From: Solirubrobacterales bacterium
Lineage (GTDB): Bacteria; Actinomycetota; Thermoleophilia; Solirubrobacterales; 70-9
NCBI GenBank assembly: GCA_035273795.1
Contig: DATEOT010000052.1
Coordinates: 471-64,470, forward strand
DNA: 64,000 nt
Reading direction: 5' to 3'
Below the pieces are notes generated by a model, which saw only the letters and a list, made by a program, of their open reading frames with translations, was not told where the DNA came from and ran no database searches. The translations under genes were made by a program, and so were the position numbers. How positions within the stretch are numbered: position 1 is the stretch's first letter; each line of letters begins with the position of its first letter. Shown piece after piece: positions 35,476 to 45,070 of this stretch.

Positions 35476-36275
35476 TGCCCGCGATCGCCCGCTCCGAGCC
35501 CTTCCGCGAACAGGCCTGCCCGCTCGGCGTCTGCGACGGCTCCGGCTGGATCCTCGGCCCCGAAGACGTGGCCCGCTCATGCGAGTGCCGGGCCGAGCGG
35601 CTCAACCGCGGCCGCAGCCGCGGAGTCGCCTCGGCGATCCCGGCCCGCTACCGCGGCGTTTCCTTCGACCGCCCTCCCGTCTCCGACATGGCGCGGGACA
35701 TGACCACCCGGCACGTGGTGCAGGCGGCGCGCACCTACGTCGAAAACCTCGACGAAAACCTAGATCGAGGTAGGGGCCTGTGGTTCATGGGCGACACCGG
35801 CACCGGCAAGACCACCCTCGGGATGCTGATCGCGAGCGAGGCGTTGAAGGCGGGCAAGTCGGTCGGCGTCTACTTCACCCCGAAGCTCCTGACCCGGATC
35901 CGTCAGACCTACCAGGAAGCCGACACCGAGAATGCCTACAGCCAGTTCTTCGACCGCGTCACTTCGGTCGATCTCCTCTACATCGACGATCTCGGCTCCG
36001 AGCGCCACACCGACTGGGTAGTCGAGCAGCTGTATGCGGTGATCAACGAGCGCTACGAGAACCAGCGGCCGATGCTGGTCACGAGCAATGCTGCGGGCGA
36101 CGTCGACAAAGGCCAAAAGCAGCTCGAGGACCAGATCGGCCGGCGCACGGTCTCCCGGCTGATCGAGATCTGCGGCGATCCCCAGCCGCTATTCGGTCCT
36201 GATCACCGGGAAAAAACCGAGCACAAATTCGATCCGGAGAAATTCGAAGCCCAAAGCTCTCCGCACCGGCTCTAG
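35475..36275 (+). CDS. DnaC/DnaI/IstB-like AAA+ helicase-loader ATPase with N-terminal Cys cluster
   Basis: Walker A GDTGTGKTTLG, Walker B LLYIDDLG, sensor TSN, and an N-terminal CPLGVCDGSGW...CEC zinc-ribbon-like motif. Its ATG overlaps the dnaB TGA. Confidence 0.78.
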   Translation: MPAIARSEPFREQACPLGVCDGSGWILGPEDVARSCECRAERLNRGRSRGVASAIPARYRGVSFDRPPVSDMARDMTTRHVVQAARTYVENLDENLDRGRGLWFMGDTGTGKTTLGMLIASEALKAGKSVGVYFTPKLLTRIRQTYQEADTENAYSQFFDRVTSVDLLYIDDLGSERHTDWVVEQLYAVINERYENQRPMLVTSNAAGDVDKGQKQLEDQIGRRTVSRLIEICGDPQPLFGPDHREKTEHKFDPEKFEAQSSPHRL

Positions 36276-37649
<1,374 letters not shown>

Positions 37650-37713
37650 CTGCACCCGGCGCAGTTAGACAAAGACCTCCTACCGGTCTCCCCTCTGCTC
37701 TACAGTCTGTGAG

Positions 37714-38403
37714 GTGCCTTCCAGTCGACGCTCGGCAAAGTTGAACGAGCGGCTGCCCCGGGGAAGACACGGTTTGCCGAGGGAGGCGGTGACCGAATCC
37801 CAGCGCAACCGCATCCACCAGGCGATGATCGAGGTCGTCTCCAAACGCGGCTATCCGGAGACGCGCGTCGTCGACGTGATCGGGGCCGCCGGCGTCTCCC
37901 GCAAAACCTTCTACGAGCTCTTCGACAGCAAGGAGGACTGCTTCCTCGCGGCCTACGACGTGCTGCTCGAGAACCTGCTCGGAGAGGCGGTCGACGAGTT
38001 CGAGTCGCTGAGCGGGGCGCCTTGGGCCGAGCGGGTCTCCGCCGCGCTCGGCGCCCTGCTCGACCACCTCGCCGAGCACCCGAGCGAGGCCCGGTTCGCG
38101 ATCGTCGAGGTGCTGGCCGCGGGCCCGAAGGCCCTGGCACGTCGCGACGCCGCCCTGCGCCAGTTCACCGGCTTCCTCGAGGCCGGCCGCTCGGAGACGT
38201 CGGTCGAACTCCCGGGGATCACCTCGCTCGCTGTCGCGGGTGGAATCAACGAGCTGCTCTACAGCGAGATTCTCCACGGCGCGGCCGGCCGTCTCCCCGG
38301 TCGCCTCCCCGACCTGATGTTTTGGGTGACGCTGCCGTTCCTGGGGGCCGAGGGCGCTGCCGCCGAGCGCGAGCGGACCAGGCTCGCGAATCTTCGCTCG
38401 TAG
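37714..38403 (+). CDS. TetR-family transcriptional regulator
   Basis: HTH region GYPETRVVDVIGAAGVSRKTFYELFDSKEDCF. It belongs to the same subfamily as the TetRs at 50290, 62428 and 63193. Confidence 0.88.
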   Translation: MPSSRRSAKLNERLPRGRHGLPREAVTESQRNRIHQAMIEVVSKRGYPETRVVDVIGAAGVSRKTFYELFDSKEDCFLAAYDVLLENLLGEAVDEFESLSGAPWAERVSAALGALLDHLAEHPSEARFAIVEVLAAGPKALARRDAALRQFTGFLEAGRSETSVELPGITSLAVAGGINELLYSEILHGAAGRLPGRLPDLMFWVTLPFLGAEGAAAERERTRLANLRS

Positions 38404-38550
38404 AGGTTGGTCGAGCGCTCCTTTTGCCGCCCCCGCGGGTTTAGGAACAAGAGCGGGGTGGTAGTTTGACCCGCTGGAGAGACGTTCCAAGAAAGTTCTG
38501 ACGGCATCGGACCCGGAGACGGGCAGGCCGCAAAGGAGAGATATAGGGAT

Positions 38551-39300
38551 ATGCGCAAGTACCTGATGTTGACGACGGCCATTGCGGCCCTGATCGCCGT
38601 CAGCGTGGCGGGCATCGCCACCGGCGCCAAACCGGTGACGGTCGAAGCCGGCAACCTCGTCGTGACCGTCAACGGCGAATTCAAACCGGCGAAGCTGCCG
38701 AAGAACAAGCTGGCTCCGATCAAGCTCTTTGCCTCGGGCAAAATCGCGACCAAAGACGGCACCCATCCGCCGGCGTTGAAAGAAGTCATTCTCAAAACCG
38801 ACAAGAACGGCGCCATCAACGTCAAGGGTCTGCCCAAGTGCAAATCGGGCCAGCTGCAGTCCCGCGACACGAAAGCGGCTGAAAAAGCCTGCAAGAGCGC
38901 GATCATCGGCACCGGCCAGACCACGGTCGAGGTCGAATTCCCCGAACAGCGGCCGATCGACGTCAACAGTAAGTTGCTCGTCTTCAACGGCGGCTTCAGC
39001 GGCGGCACGACGACCCTCTTCATCCACGCCTACTTCTCGGCGCCGGTAACCGGGGCGATCGTCACCACCGTGAAAGTGAAGAAGAAGAAGGAGGGCCGCT
39101 ACGGCCTGAATTCGGTCGCGACGATCCCGAAAATCGCCGGCGGCAGCGGCTCTGTGAAGAGCTTCAACCTGGCGATCACCAAAAAGGGCGTCCTCACCGC
39201 CAAATGCCCTGACGGCAAGCTCCAGGCCCATGCAACCTCTGTCTTCGCCGACGGCACCAAAGCCGCTGCGACGATCATCAGGACCTGCACCGGAACCTGA
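38551..39300 (+). CDS. Secreted hypothetical protein with one Cys-pair module
   Basis: Good SD (aaggagag) and signal peptide MRKYLMLTTAIAALIAVSVAGIATGA. The segment LPKCKSGQLQ...ACKSAIIGTGQTTVEV resembles the module repeated in the 1028-aa protein at 41984..45070. Confidence 0.65.
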   Translation: MRKYLMLTTAIAALIAVSVAGIATGAKPVTVEAGNLVVTVNGEFKPAKLPKNKLAPIKLFASGKIATKDGTHPPALKEVILKTDKNGAINVKGLPKCKSGQLQSRDTKAAEKACKSAIIGTGQTTVEVEFPEQRPIDVNSKLLVFNGGFSGGTTTLFIHAYFSAPVTGAIVTTVKVKKKKEGRYGLNSVATIPKIAGGSGSVKSFNLAITKKGVLTAKCPDGKLQAHATSVFADGTKAAATIIRTCTGT

Positions 39301-39443
39301 GGAACGCATATCCAAAGCCTGTCCTCGGACAGGCAAGGTTCAGAAGGGCGGCCTCCGGGCCGCCCTTCTCTTTGGTCCCTGGTTGCGCTGGCGGCAACTC
39401 CGACCTACGAGTGAGCGCACTCGATTAAAGAGATCTGTCTAAA

Positions 39444-39881
39444 TTGGCAGCCATGTTCCCGGACGGCGACAGCTTGTCGACCGCGGTTGAAAGCGCGAAG
39501 GAACAAGACCTGACGCCTCTGGTCGAGGAGTGCGCGGAGGCTTTGGACCTCGAGCAGGAACAGCTGACGACGCTGGTGGCCTATCTTCACGATGCCTGGT
39601 TCTTCGGCATCCGCACCGGTCACGCGGTGATGGTCGAGACGAAGATGGGACAGGCGAATCCCGGACCAGCCATCCTCGGCGCGCAGGACGATTTCCAGGA
39701 TCTGATGGAACGCTGCGCTGACGCTCTCGACACCACCCTCGGCAGGACGATCGCCGCCTGGAACTACCTCGGCCGGGCTTGGATCGCCGGTGCCAGGTTT
39801 TGGGAGGTCGAGGTCGCCGCGCGCTTGATCGAAGAGAGCTCCGAAGGCTTCGCCGAGGTGCTCAGATGGCTCGAAGAGTAG
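39444..39881 (+). CDS. Hypothetical acidic cytoplasmic protein
   Basis: 145-aa helical-looking acidic ORF with no signal peptide, lying between two secreted-protein genes. Confidence 0.45.
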   Translation: MAAMFPDGDSLSTAVESAKEQDLTPLVEECAEALDLEQEQLTTLVAYLHDAWFFGIRTGHAVMVETKMGQANPGPAILGAQDDFQDLMERCADALDTTLGRTIAAWNYLGRAWIAGARFWEVEVAARLIEESSEGFAEVLRWLEE

Positions 39882-40073
39882 GGGCGTCGGGGTGTCCAAG
39901 GCGATCTGCGGAAGGACGCGTACCGCCGCCAGCGCCCGGTACCCCCATTGCTCGACACACGCTGTCCGAAACGAATTGCCCTGCCTCATTAGTTGACATC
40001 GCTCTTTTACCTCGATAGAACCTGTCCAACTGGTCGGGCTGGAGGGATCTGGCGCGCCAGTTTGGGAACATCC

Positions 40074-40901
40074 ATGACTATCAGGAAGGCGATGATGAAG
40101 CCTAGAAACCAGTTCAGGCTGCTGGCAGTTCTTGCAGCAGCCATCGCAGCGTTCGCTGCGGCAGCACCCACTGCCGGAGCCGCAACGCCCGCCCCGGGTT
40201 ACACGCAGTTCGCGGGTTGCCCGAGCCCGGCGGAAAATCCGAACATCACCTCGTGCCAGCGGACCATCATCACAAGCGGTTACATCAAGCTCGGCAACAA
40301 AAAAGTGCCGATCAACAAACCGCTGGTCCTCAGTGGGGGGACGGGAGTCGAAGGAGCGGGCTTCTCTTACAACTCCCAGGGCGGACTCTCCAAAACCCAA
40401 CTCCAGGTTCCGGGGGGCGTAATCGGGCTGACCGGCCTCGACTGGCTTGTCAATTTCCTCGACATCGACTCTCTGCAGCTGTTCTCGGAAGCTCAGCTTG
40501 CAGGGACGCCGTCGTTCAACGGCCCTGAAAACGTGACCCTGCCGCTCAAATTCCGGTTGATCAACCCGGTATTGGGCAGCAGCTGCTACATCGGATCGAA
40601 CACCAATCCGGTCGTGCTGAACCTGACCACCGGCACCTCCGGAAAACTCACCGGGAAATCGCCGGAATATGTGTTCCACCCGTCGACGATCATCCTTACA
40701 GGGCTGAATGGCACCTTCGTCGACAACACGTTCACGGCGCCCGGGGCAACCGGCTGCAAACTAACTCTGTTCGGTTTCATCCCGATCAGCCTCAACAGCG
40801 TCGTCAACTCCTCCTCGGGTTTGCCCGCAGGTCCGGGAGTCAACGAAGCGGTTCAGAACTACGACCTCGAAGTCGTCGAGTCGGCCTTGGTTTATCCGTA
40901 A
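40074..40901 (+). CDS. Secreted hypothetical Gly/Thr/Asn-rich beta protein
   Basis: The internal ATG at 40074 gives MTIRKAMMKPRNQFRLLAVLAAAIAAFAAAAPTAGA, a signal peptide. The 27-codon upstream extension was rejected. Confidence 0.65.
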   Translation: MTIRKAMMKPRNQFRLLAVLAAAIAAFAAAAPTAGAATPAPGYTQFAGCPSPAENPNITSCQRTIITSGYIKLGNKKVPINKPLVLSGGTGVEGAGFSYNSQGGLSKTQLQVPGGVIGLTGLDWLVNFLDIDSLQLFSEAQLAGTPSFNGPENVTLPLKFRLINPVLGSSCYIGSNTNPVVLNLTTGTSGKLTGKSPEYVFHPSTIILTGLNGTFVDNTFTAPGATGCKLTLFGFIPISLNSVVNSSSGLPAGPGVNEAVQNYDLEVVESALVYP

Positions 40902-41075
40902 GGCCTAACTCTCTCGACAAGCGAGGGTTTCACAGCCCGCGGCGGACACCCGCCGCGGGCTTTTCTTGGCCACCATGGGCAGCGAGGAGATGGGCTCCCA
41001 GTGTCCCCTTAGACGCCGGTCAGGCCTCTTCGGGCGAGGTGTCCCTCCCTCATTGACCCAACTATTGCCTCGACA

Positions 41076-41432
41076 GTGGCTGTGTCCCGGCAGGCGGTCC
41101 CTCCCTTGGGTACTGAGTCAGTTCGAAACGGTTGCCCCGCGCTACCGTTTGCGTTGGGATGGTTCCGAGCTTGCTGCTGGCTTCGTACTTGGAATAGTTG
41201 GTCCCTCGTCGCGGATGGCCTCCGGGCGGCCTGGAGTAGACGGTCTCCAGGGGGAAAGCTTCCTCTACATCCTCCGATCGGCGTTTCGCTGACCCCACGC
41301 CAAAAGCAGGTTCTTGACCTCCGGCGCTACGGCCATTCCGTCGAGGAAATCGCTGGCCTCCTGGACCTCTCGGTAGAGACCGTTGAGATGCACCAAATGT
41401 GCGCCCGCCGGCGACTCGACGCGGCCAGCTAG
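41076..41432 (+). CDS. Possible small HTH protein (sigma-70 region 4 / LuxR-type C-terminus), possibly a gene remnant
   Basis: Only the last 50 aa or so look genuine (LTPRQKQVLDLRRYGHSVEEIAGLLDLSVETVEMHQMCARRRL). The upstream part is W/C/R-rich and looks non-coding. No convincing start codon lies near the HTH. Confidence 0.3.
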   Translation: MAVSRQAVPPLGTESVRNGCPALPFALGWFRACCWLRTWNSWSLVADGLRAAWSRRSPGGKLPLHPPIGVSLTPRQKQVLDLRRYGHSVEEIAGLLDLSVETVEMHQMCARRRLDAAS

Positions 41433-41450
41433 TCCTGGCGGGCTTTTTTC
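41403..41450 (+). terminator. Putative intrinsic terminator after the HTH ORF
   Basis: gcccgcc ... ggcgggc stem followed by tttttt. Confidence 0.45.
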
Positions 41451-41929
41451 AAACTGACCCAGTGCCCTCCCTTGCTTGGCGACGCCTCGGCATCCAAATT
41501 CGGCTCGTCATGCCATGATCGCCGGAGGGCATCGTCCCCTCAACTGCAGGCAGCTGCAGGCGGAGCCTATGGGGCCTGTCCCAGAACTCCTGGGGACGGC
41601 AGAAGGTCATCCTCGGCTTCCAATCCCGGGTCCGTCCATACCTTGCCCGTCCAGGAGGAGGCCCTGCCCGGCCCCCGCCTACCGGGCGAAGACTCAGGAG
41701 AGCGCGATAGGGGGCGCTGAGTGGCCGGCTGAGGACAGCTGGCCCTCGGAGTCGTGGCTCACGCGCCCGTTACCGGTCCTTGCTCGTTGTGAACGAAGTC
41801 CTAGTGGCCGAACTGAAAGGGGCAGATACGCGTCCTCATCACATCCGTACTCACCCGGGCTGAGGAGCCTCGATCCAACTTCAGGCTCCCGAAGTCGCCC
41901 GCTCCGATCGAAACCGAGTTGCGAGCCCG

Positions 41930-41964
41930 GAAAGAGGGATCAATGCCCTCGGCTTGATCCCTCT
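41930..41964 (-). terminator. Putative terminator hairpin downstream of the 1028-aa gene
   Basis: 11-bp stem agagggatcaa / ttgatccctct about 20 nt beyond the stop codon at 41984. Only a weak U-tract follows (ctttcc). Confidence 0.4.
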
Positions 41965-41983
41965 CCGACTCGCCTCAGCTAGG

Positions 41984-44900
41984 TCAGCGTTTACCGCGTC
42001 GCTTACCGGGCTGGGCCTTCTTACAGTCGTTCCCGACAACTGGACGGAGGGTTACCCGGCGCCCATTGTGAGCGACAAAACGTGCATTCGCGCGCTGAGT
42101 TTTCCTGCACAGGTTTTCCGAGTTAACCAAAAGGCCCTTCTTCCCGCCCTTCATTTCGAGCACGAATCGGGATACCGGTGCATCGGGCACGAATTCGAAG
42201 GTAGAGCGCAGGCCCTTCTGTTTCGTGGTGTCGATGCGAGCGTGGACGAGGACACGTATCTGCCCTTTCAGTTCGGCCACGAGATCCGGCAGGGTGTGGC
42301 CGAACCCGACGCCTAGGTAAACCGGGCCCTCGAGCGGTTTGTCGAGCAGGGGGGACCATGCCTTGACGCGACCGTAGATGGAGCCGGGAGGACATTGCGC
42401 GGCGGCCAGCTGCGGACGGGTGCAAACGACGGCCCCAATGTGTCCCTGTTCCAGGAACATCGAGGGCGGGAGCCCGACCTGCGCCCGCGCGATGTTGGCG
42501 TACTTGCCTTTCTTGGGGTACGTCAACACTGCCTTCAGAGCCGGGAAGCGGTTCCGCTTGGTACCTCCCTTGAGCCCGATCTTCAACCGGGGTTGGAAGC
42601 CGAGGTTCTTGCACCCTCCCACCTGGAAGCGATTGACAAGCGCCGTGGTCTGTCCCAGCGTGGTGGTCAGGCTGCCTCCAACGCTCATCGCTTCGCAGTT
42701 GGTGGGGTTGACGGTGAACTGGGAGCGACTCATCTTCACCGCGATCGACCGGACGTCGAGCGGGATCCCTTTGAGCTCGGTGGGGATCGGGTCGCTCTTG
42801 ACGGTGATCTGGGCGGTGAAAGGGTCGACCTCGAGAGCCGAGCGCACGACGACGGTTCCGAGGTCATAAGGACCGGCCACGGCCGGGGTGATGATCGCCA
42901 AGCTGAGCGGAGCGCCCTTGTAGGGACCTGCCAGATAGGCACGGCCCTGAACGTAGTAGGGCGAGGGACCGGCGCCGGCGCCGACGTTGACGACGCCGAC
43001 TTCCGAGGCAGCAGGGCAACTGGCAGTGGCTTTCTCCGCGAGCCCGGTCTTGCCGGCGGCGGCGGTCAGCGCAGAGTCGGGGCAGTAGGGGATGCCGGCG
43101 AGCTTGCCGAGCAGACCGGGGGGCGGAGTGACGGTCAGCGAGGAGAACTGCTGGGAGCCGTCATTCCGCCTGAGGTTCAGCACGAAGGGGCTGAACGCAC
43201 CGGCAAGCGGGGACTCGGTTCCCGCTTCGAAGGCGGGGTTATTCGGTAGCTGATCGACTGAGGTGGGGCAGCTGCCTCCACCCGGCGCGGTGGAGATCTG
43301 GTAGTTGTCGGACGGCGTGGCAGGCGGACCCGATTCGGGGGCGGACCACGGCGTCAGGGTCGAGGTCGTGGTGTACGTGCCGCACACCGAGGGCGTCTTC
43401 AACGCTGCCCGGGGACCACCGAAGAAATCAAGCTTGAAGTCGTCGAAGGGCATCTGGGGGTTTTCCGAGAAGGTCGTGGTGAGCTGGCCTCCAGCCCCGA
43501 TCTCGACATGGCCCGCGAGCTTGATCACCACACCCGACTCCGGGTCGTTGACCGCTAGATAAATCGCCAGCAGGCTCTGGAACGGGTTGTCATAAGGGGT
43601 GGCGACGTAGATGCTCCCGGGCAGAGGGTGGTCGAGCAGCGGGGTGTCGACTTCCAGCGTGCCGATTTTGGCTGCGTCGGGACAGGCCGCCGGAGCGGCG
43701 GTGGTCCGGATCGGGGTAGTGCCGACCGGGGAGGTGAGACCGATCTGCGCGGGCGTGCAGCTCTCCAGACCGGCAGCCGAGGAAGGATTGAGGGTGAGGC
43801 CGGCCGGCAACTTCACGACCGCGTCTTTCAGGTCGGGCGTCGCGGGTTCGTTCGGAACTTCGTTCTGGGGGACGTGGAGGTCGACGTGGAGGCCCGTGGG
43901 GGAATCGGAGGTCGTGTTGGTCGGCTGCAGCTGCAGAGTCGGCTCGAACTCGAGCTGGTCGCAGCCGGTGATCGCCGGCATCGAGAACTCCCGGCTGAAG
44001 ACCGCTCCTGGCAGGTTGTAGCTGCTGACGTTGATGCGGGCCGCCAGGGGACCGCCGCAACTGGTCGGGTTGCGGAGAAACGGGGTTTCAGGGGTTCCCG
44101 GAGTCACAGAACACGGGCTTTCCCGTTCATCGTTCCCCAAGTAGCAGGACCGCAGTGCGTCATGACGTGGGTCCGCCGGCACTCCCCACAGCCGGATTTC
44201 GAAGGCATAGGGATTCGAGATGGTCGGGAGATTGAAGCTGCCGGCGTTGATCCCGTAGTCCGCCCCGGTTCGCACACTGGCCGAGATGTATGCGTTCGTG
44301 GATACATTGACCTCCCCGGCGAATCGAGCGGGGCTGCCTTTGGCGGGAGTCACGTTGTAGATGTTGGAGCTGTGCTGACTCGGGCCCGCAGACTGGACTT
44401 TGAGAAAACCTATCTGACTGTTCCCGGAGCATTTTCCTTCTTCGGCCAGGCGGACGGGACAGGCTTCGACCGCAGTCGGATTCCCGACCAAGCCGGGGGG
44501 AAGTTCGGCCACTATGTCCTTTGCCAGCGCAGCCGCGCCGACCGCTCCCAATACTTCGCCATGAGGCAGGGTGATGCGGGTGACTAGTTCGTAGGGGTGA
44601 GAGCCAGCGGTGCTGTCGGTGGTGCTGTCGTCTTTGATCGCTTCGAAGGTGAAGGCTTCGACACCGAAGGTATGGAAGGTGCCGCCGGATCCTTGAACTG
44701 CTCCCGCCGTCGTGGTTGCGACGAACCGGTAGCGGTACTCGGTGTCGCTGTCGAGCCCGGAAAGCTCAGCGGCCACCCGCTGCGCGGGGTCCGCCCCGGC
44801 GATCACCTCGGGAGAGCAGGGCGCGGTTTCAGCTCCCGCCCATTCGCTCACGGCGAACGCCGCTGCGGTCGTGTATTCGACCTCGCAAGAGGTCTCTTCC

Positions 44901-45070
44901 CCTTGCGGGTCGACGTGGGCTTCAAGGTCGGCTCCGAAGATGTAGGGCTGAGCTGCTTCTTCCTGTATTTGAGCTGCATTGGCCCCGGCTGCCGTCGAGA
45001 GCATGGCGACAAAAGCCAGCGCGAAGACCGTCAGAAGGGCCCGCATCCAGGCGGGTCTCGAGATCGCCAT
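41984..45070 (-). CDS. Large secreted protein (1028 aa) with an FN3-like N-terminal domain and four copies of a Cys-pair module
   Basis: The start at MAISRPAWMRALLTVFALAFVAMLSTAAGANA (45070) overlaps the upstream stop (TGATG). The module LPxGL...C...C(P)..S.IG...PL.G.vY is repeated. The tail is basic (CKKAQPGKRRGKR). I recognise no enzymatic motif. Confidence 0.8.
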   Translation of the reverse strand: MAISRPAWMRALLTVFALAFVAMLSTAAGANAAQIQEEAAQPYIFGADLEAHVDPQGEETSCEVEYTTAAAFAVSEWAGAETAPCSPEVIAGADPAQRVAAELSGLDSDTEYRYRFVATTTAGAVQGSGGTFHTFGVEAFTFEAIKDDSTTDSTAGSHPYELVTRITLPHGEVLGAVGAAALAKDIVAELPPGLVGNPTAVEACPVRLAEEGKCSGNSQIGFLKVQSAGPSQHSSNIYNVTPAKGSPARFAGEVNVSTNAYISASVRTGADYGINAGSFNLPTISNPYAFEIRLWGVPADPRHDALRSCYLGNDERESPCSVTPGTPETPFLRNPTSCGGPLAARINVSSYNLPGAVFSREFSMPAITGCDQLEFEPTLQLQPTNTTSDSPTGLHVDLHVPQNEVPNEPATPDLKDAVVKLPAGLTLNPSSAAGLESCTPAQIGLTSPVGTTPIRTTAAPAACPDAAKIGTLEVDTPLLDHPLPGSIYVATPYDNPFQSLLAIYLAVNDPESGVVIKLAGHVEIGAGGQLTTTFSENPQMPFDDFKLDFFGGPRAALKTPSVCGTYTTTSTLTPWSAPESGPPATPSDNYQISTAPGGGSCPTSVDQLPNNPAFEAGTESPLAGAFSPFVLNLRRNDGSQQFSSLTVTPPPGLLGKLAGIPYCPDSALTAAAGKTGLAEKATASCPAASEVGVVNVGAGAGPSPYYVQGRAYLAGPYKGAPLSLAIITPAVAGPYDLGTVVVRSALEVDPFTAQITVKSDPIPTELKGIPLDVRSIAVKMSRSQFTVNPTNCEAMSVGGSLTTTLGQTTALVNRFQVGGCKNLGFQPRLKIGLKGGTKRNRFPALKAVLTYPKKGKYANIARAQVGLPPSMFLEQGHIGAVVCTRPQLAAAQCPPGSIYGRVKAWSPLLDKPLEGPVYLGVGFGHTLPDLVAELKGQIRVLVHARIDTTKQKGLRSTFEFVPDAPVSRFVLEMKGGKKGLLVNSENLCRKTQRANARFVAHNGRRVTLRPVVGNDCKKAQPGKRRGKR

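Noticed and set aside
41476-41982. 168-aa plus-strand ORF in the island gap
   Set aside because: Its composition is P/R/S/G-rich, it has no SD, and it lies between two terminator-like hairpins. I treated it as non-coding (see the finding on the 550-bp gap).
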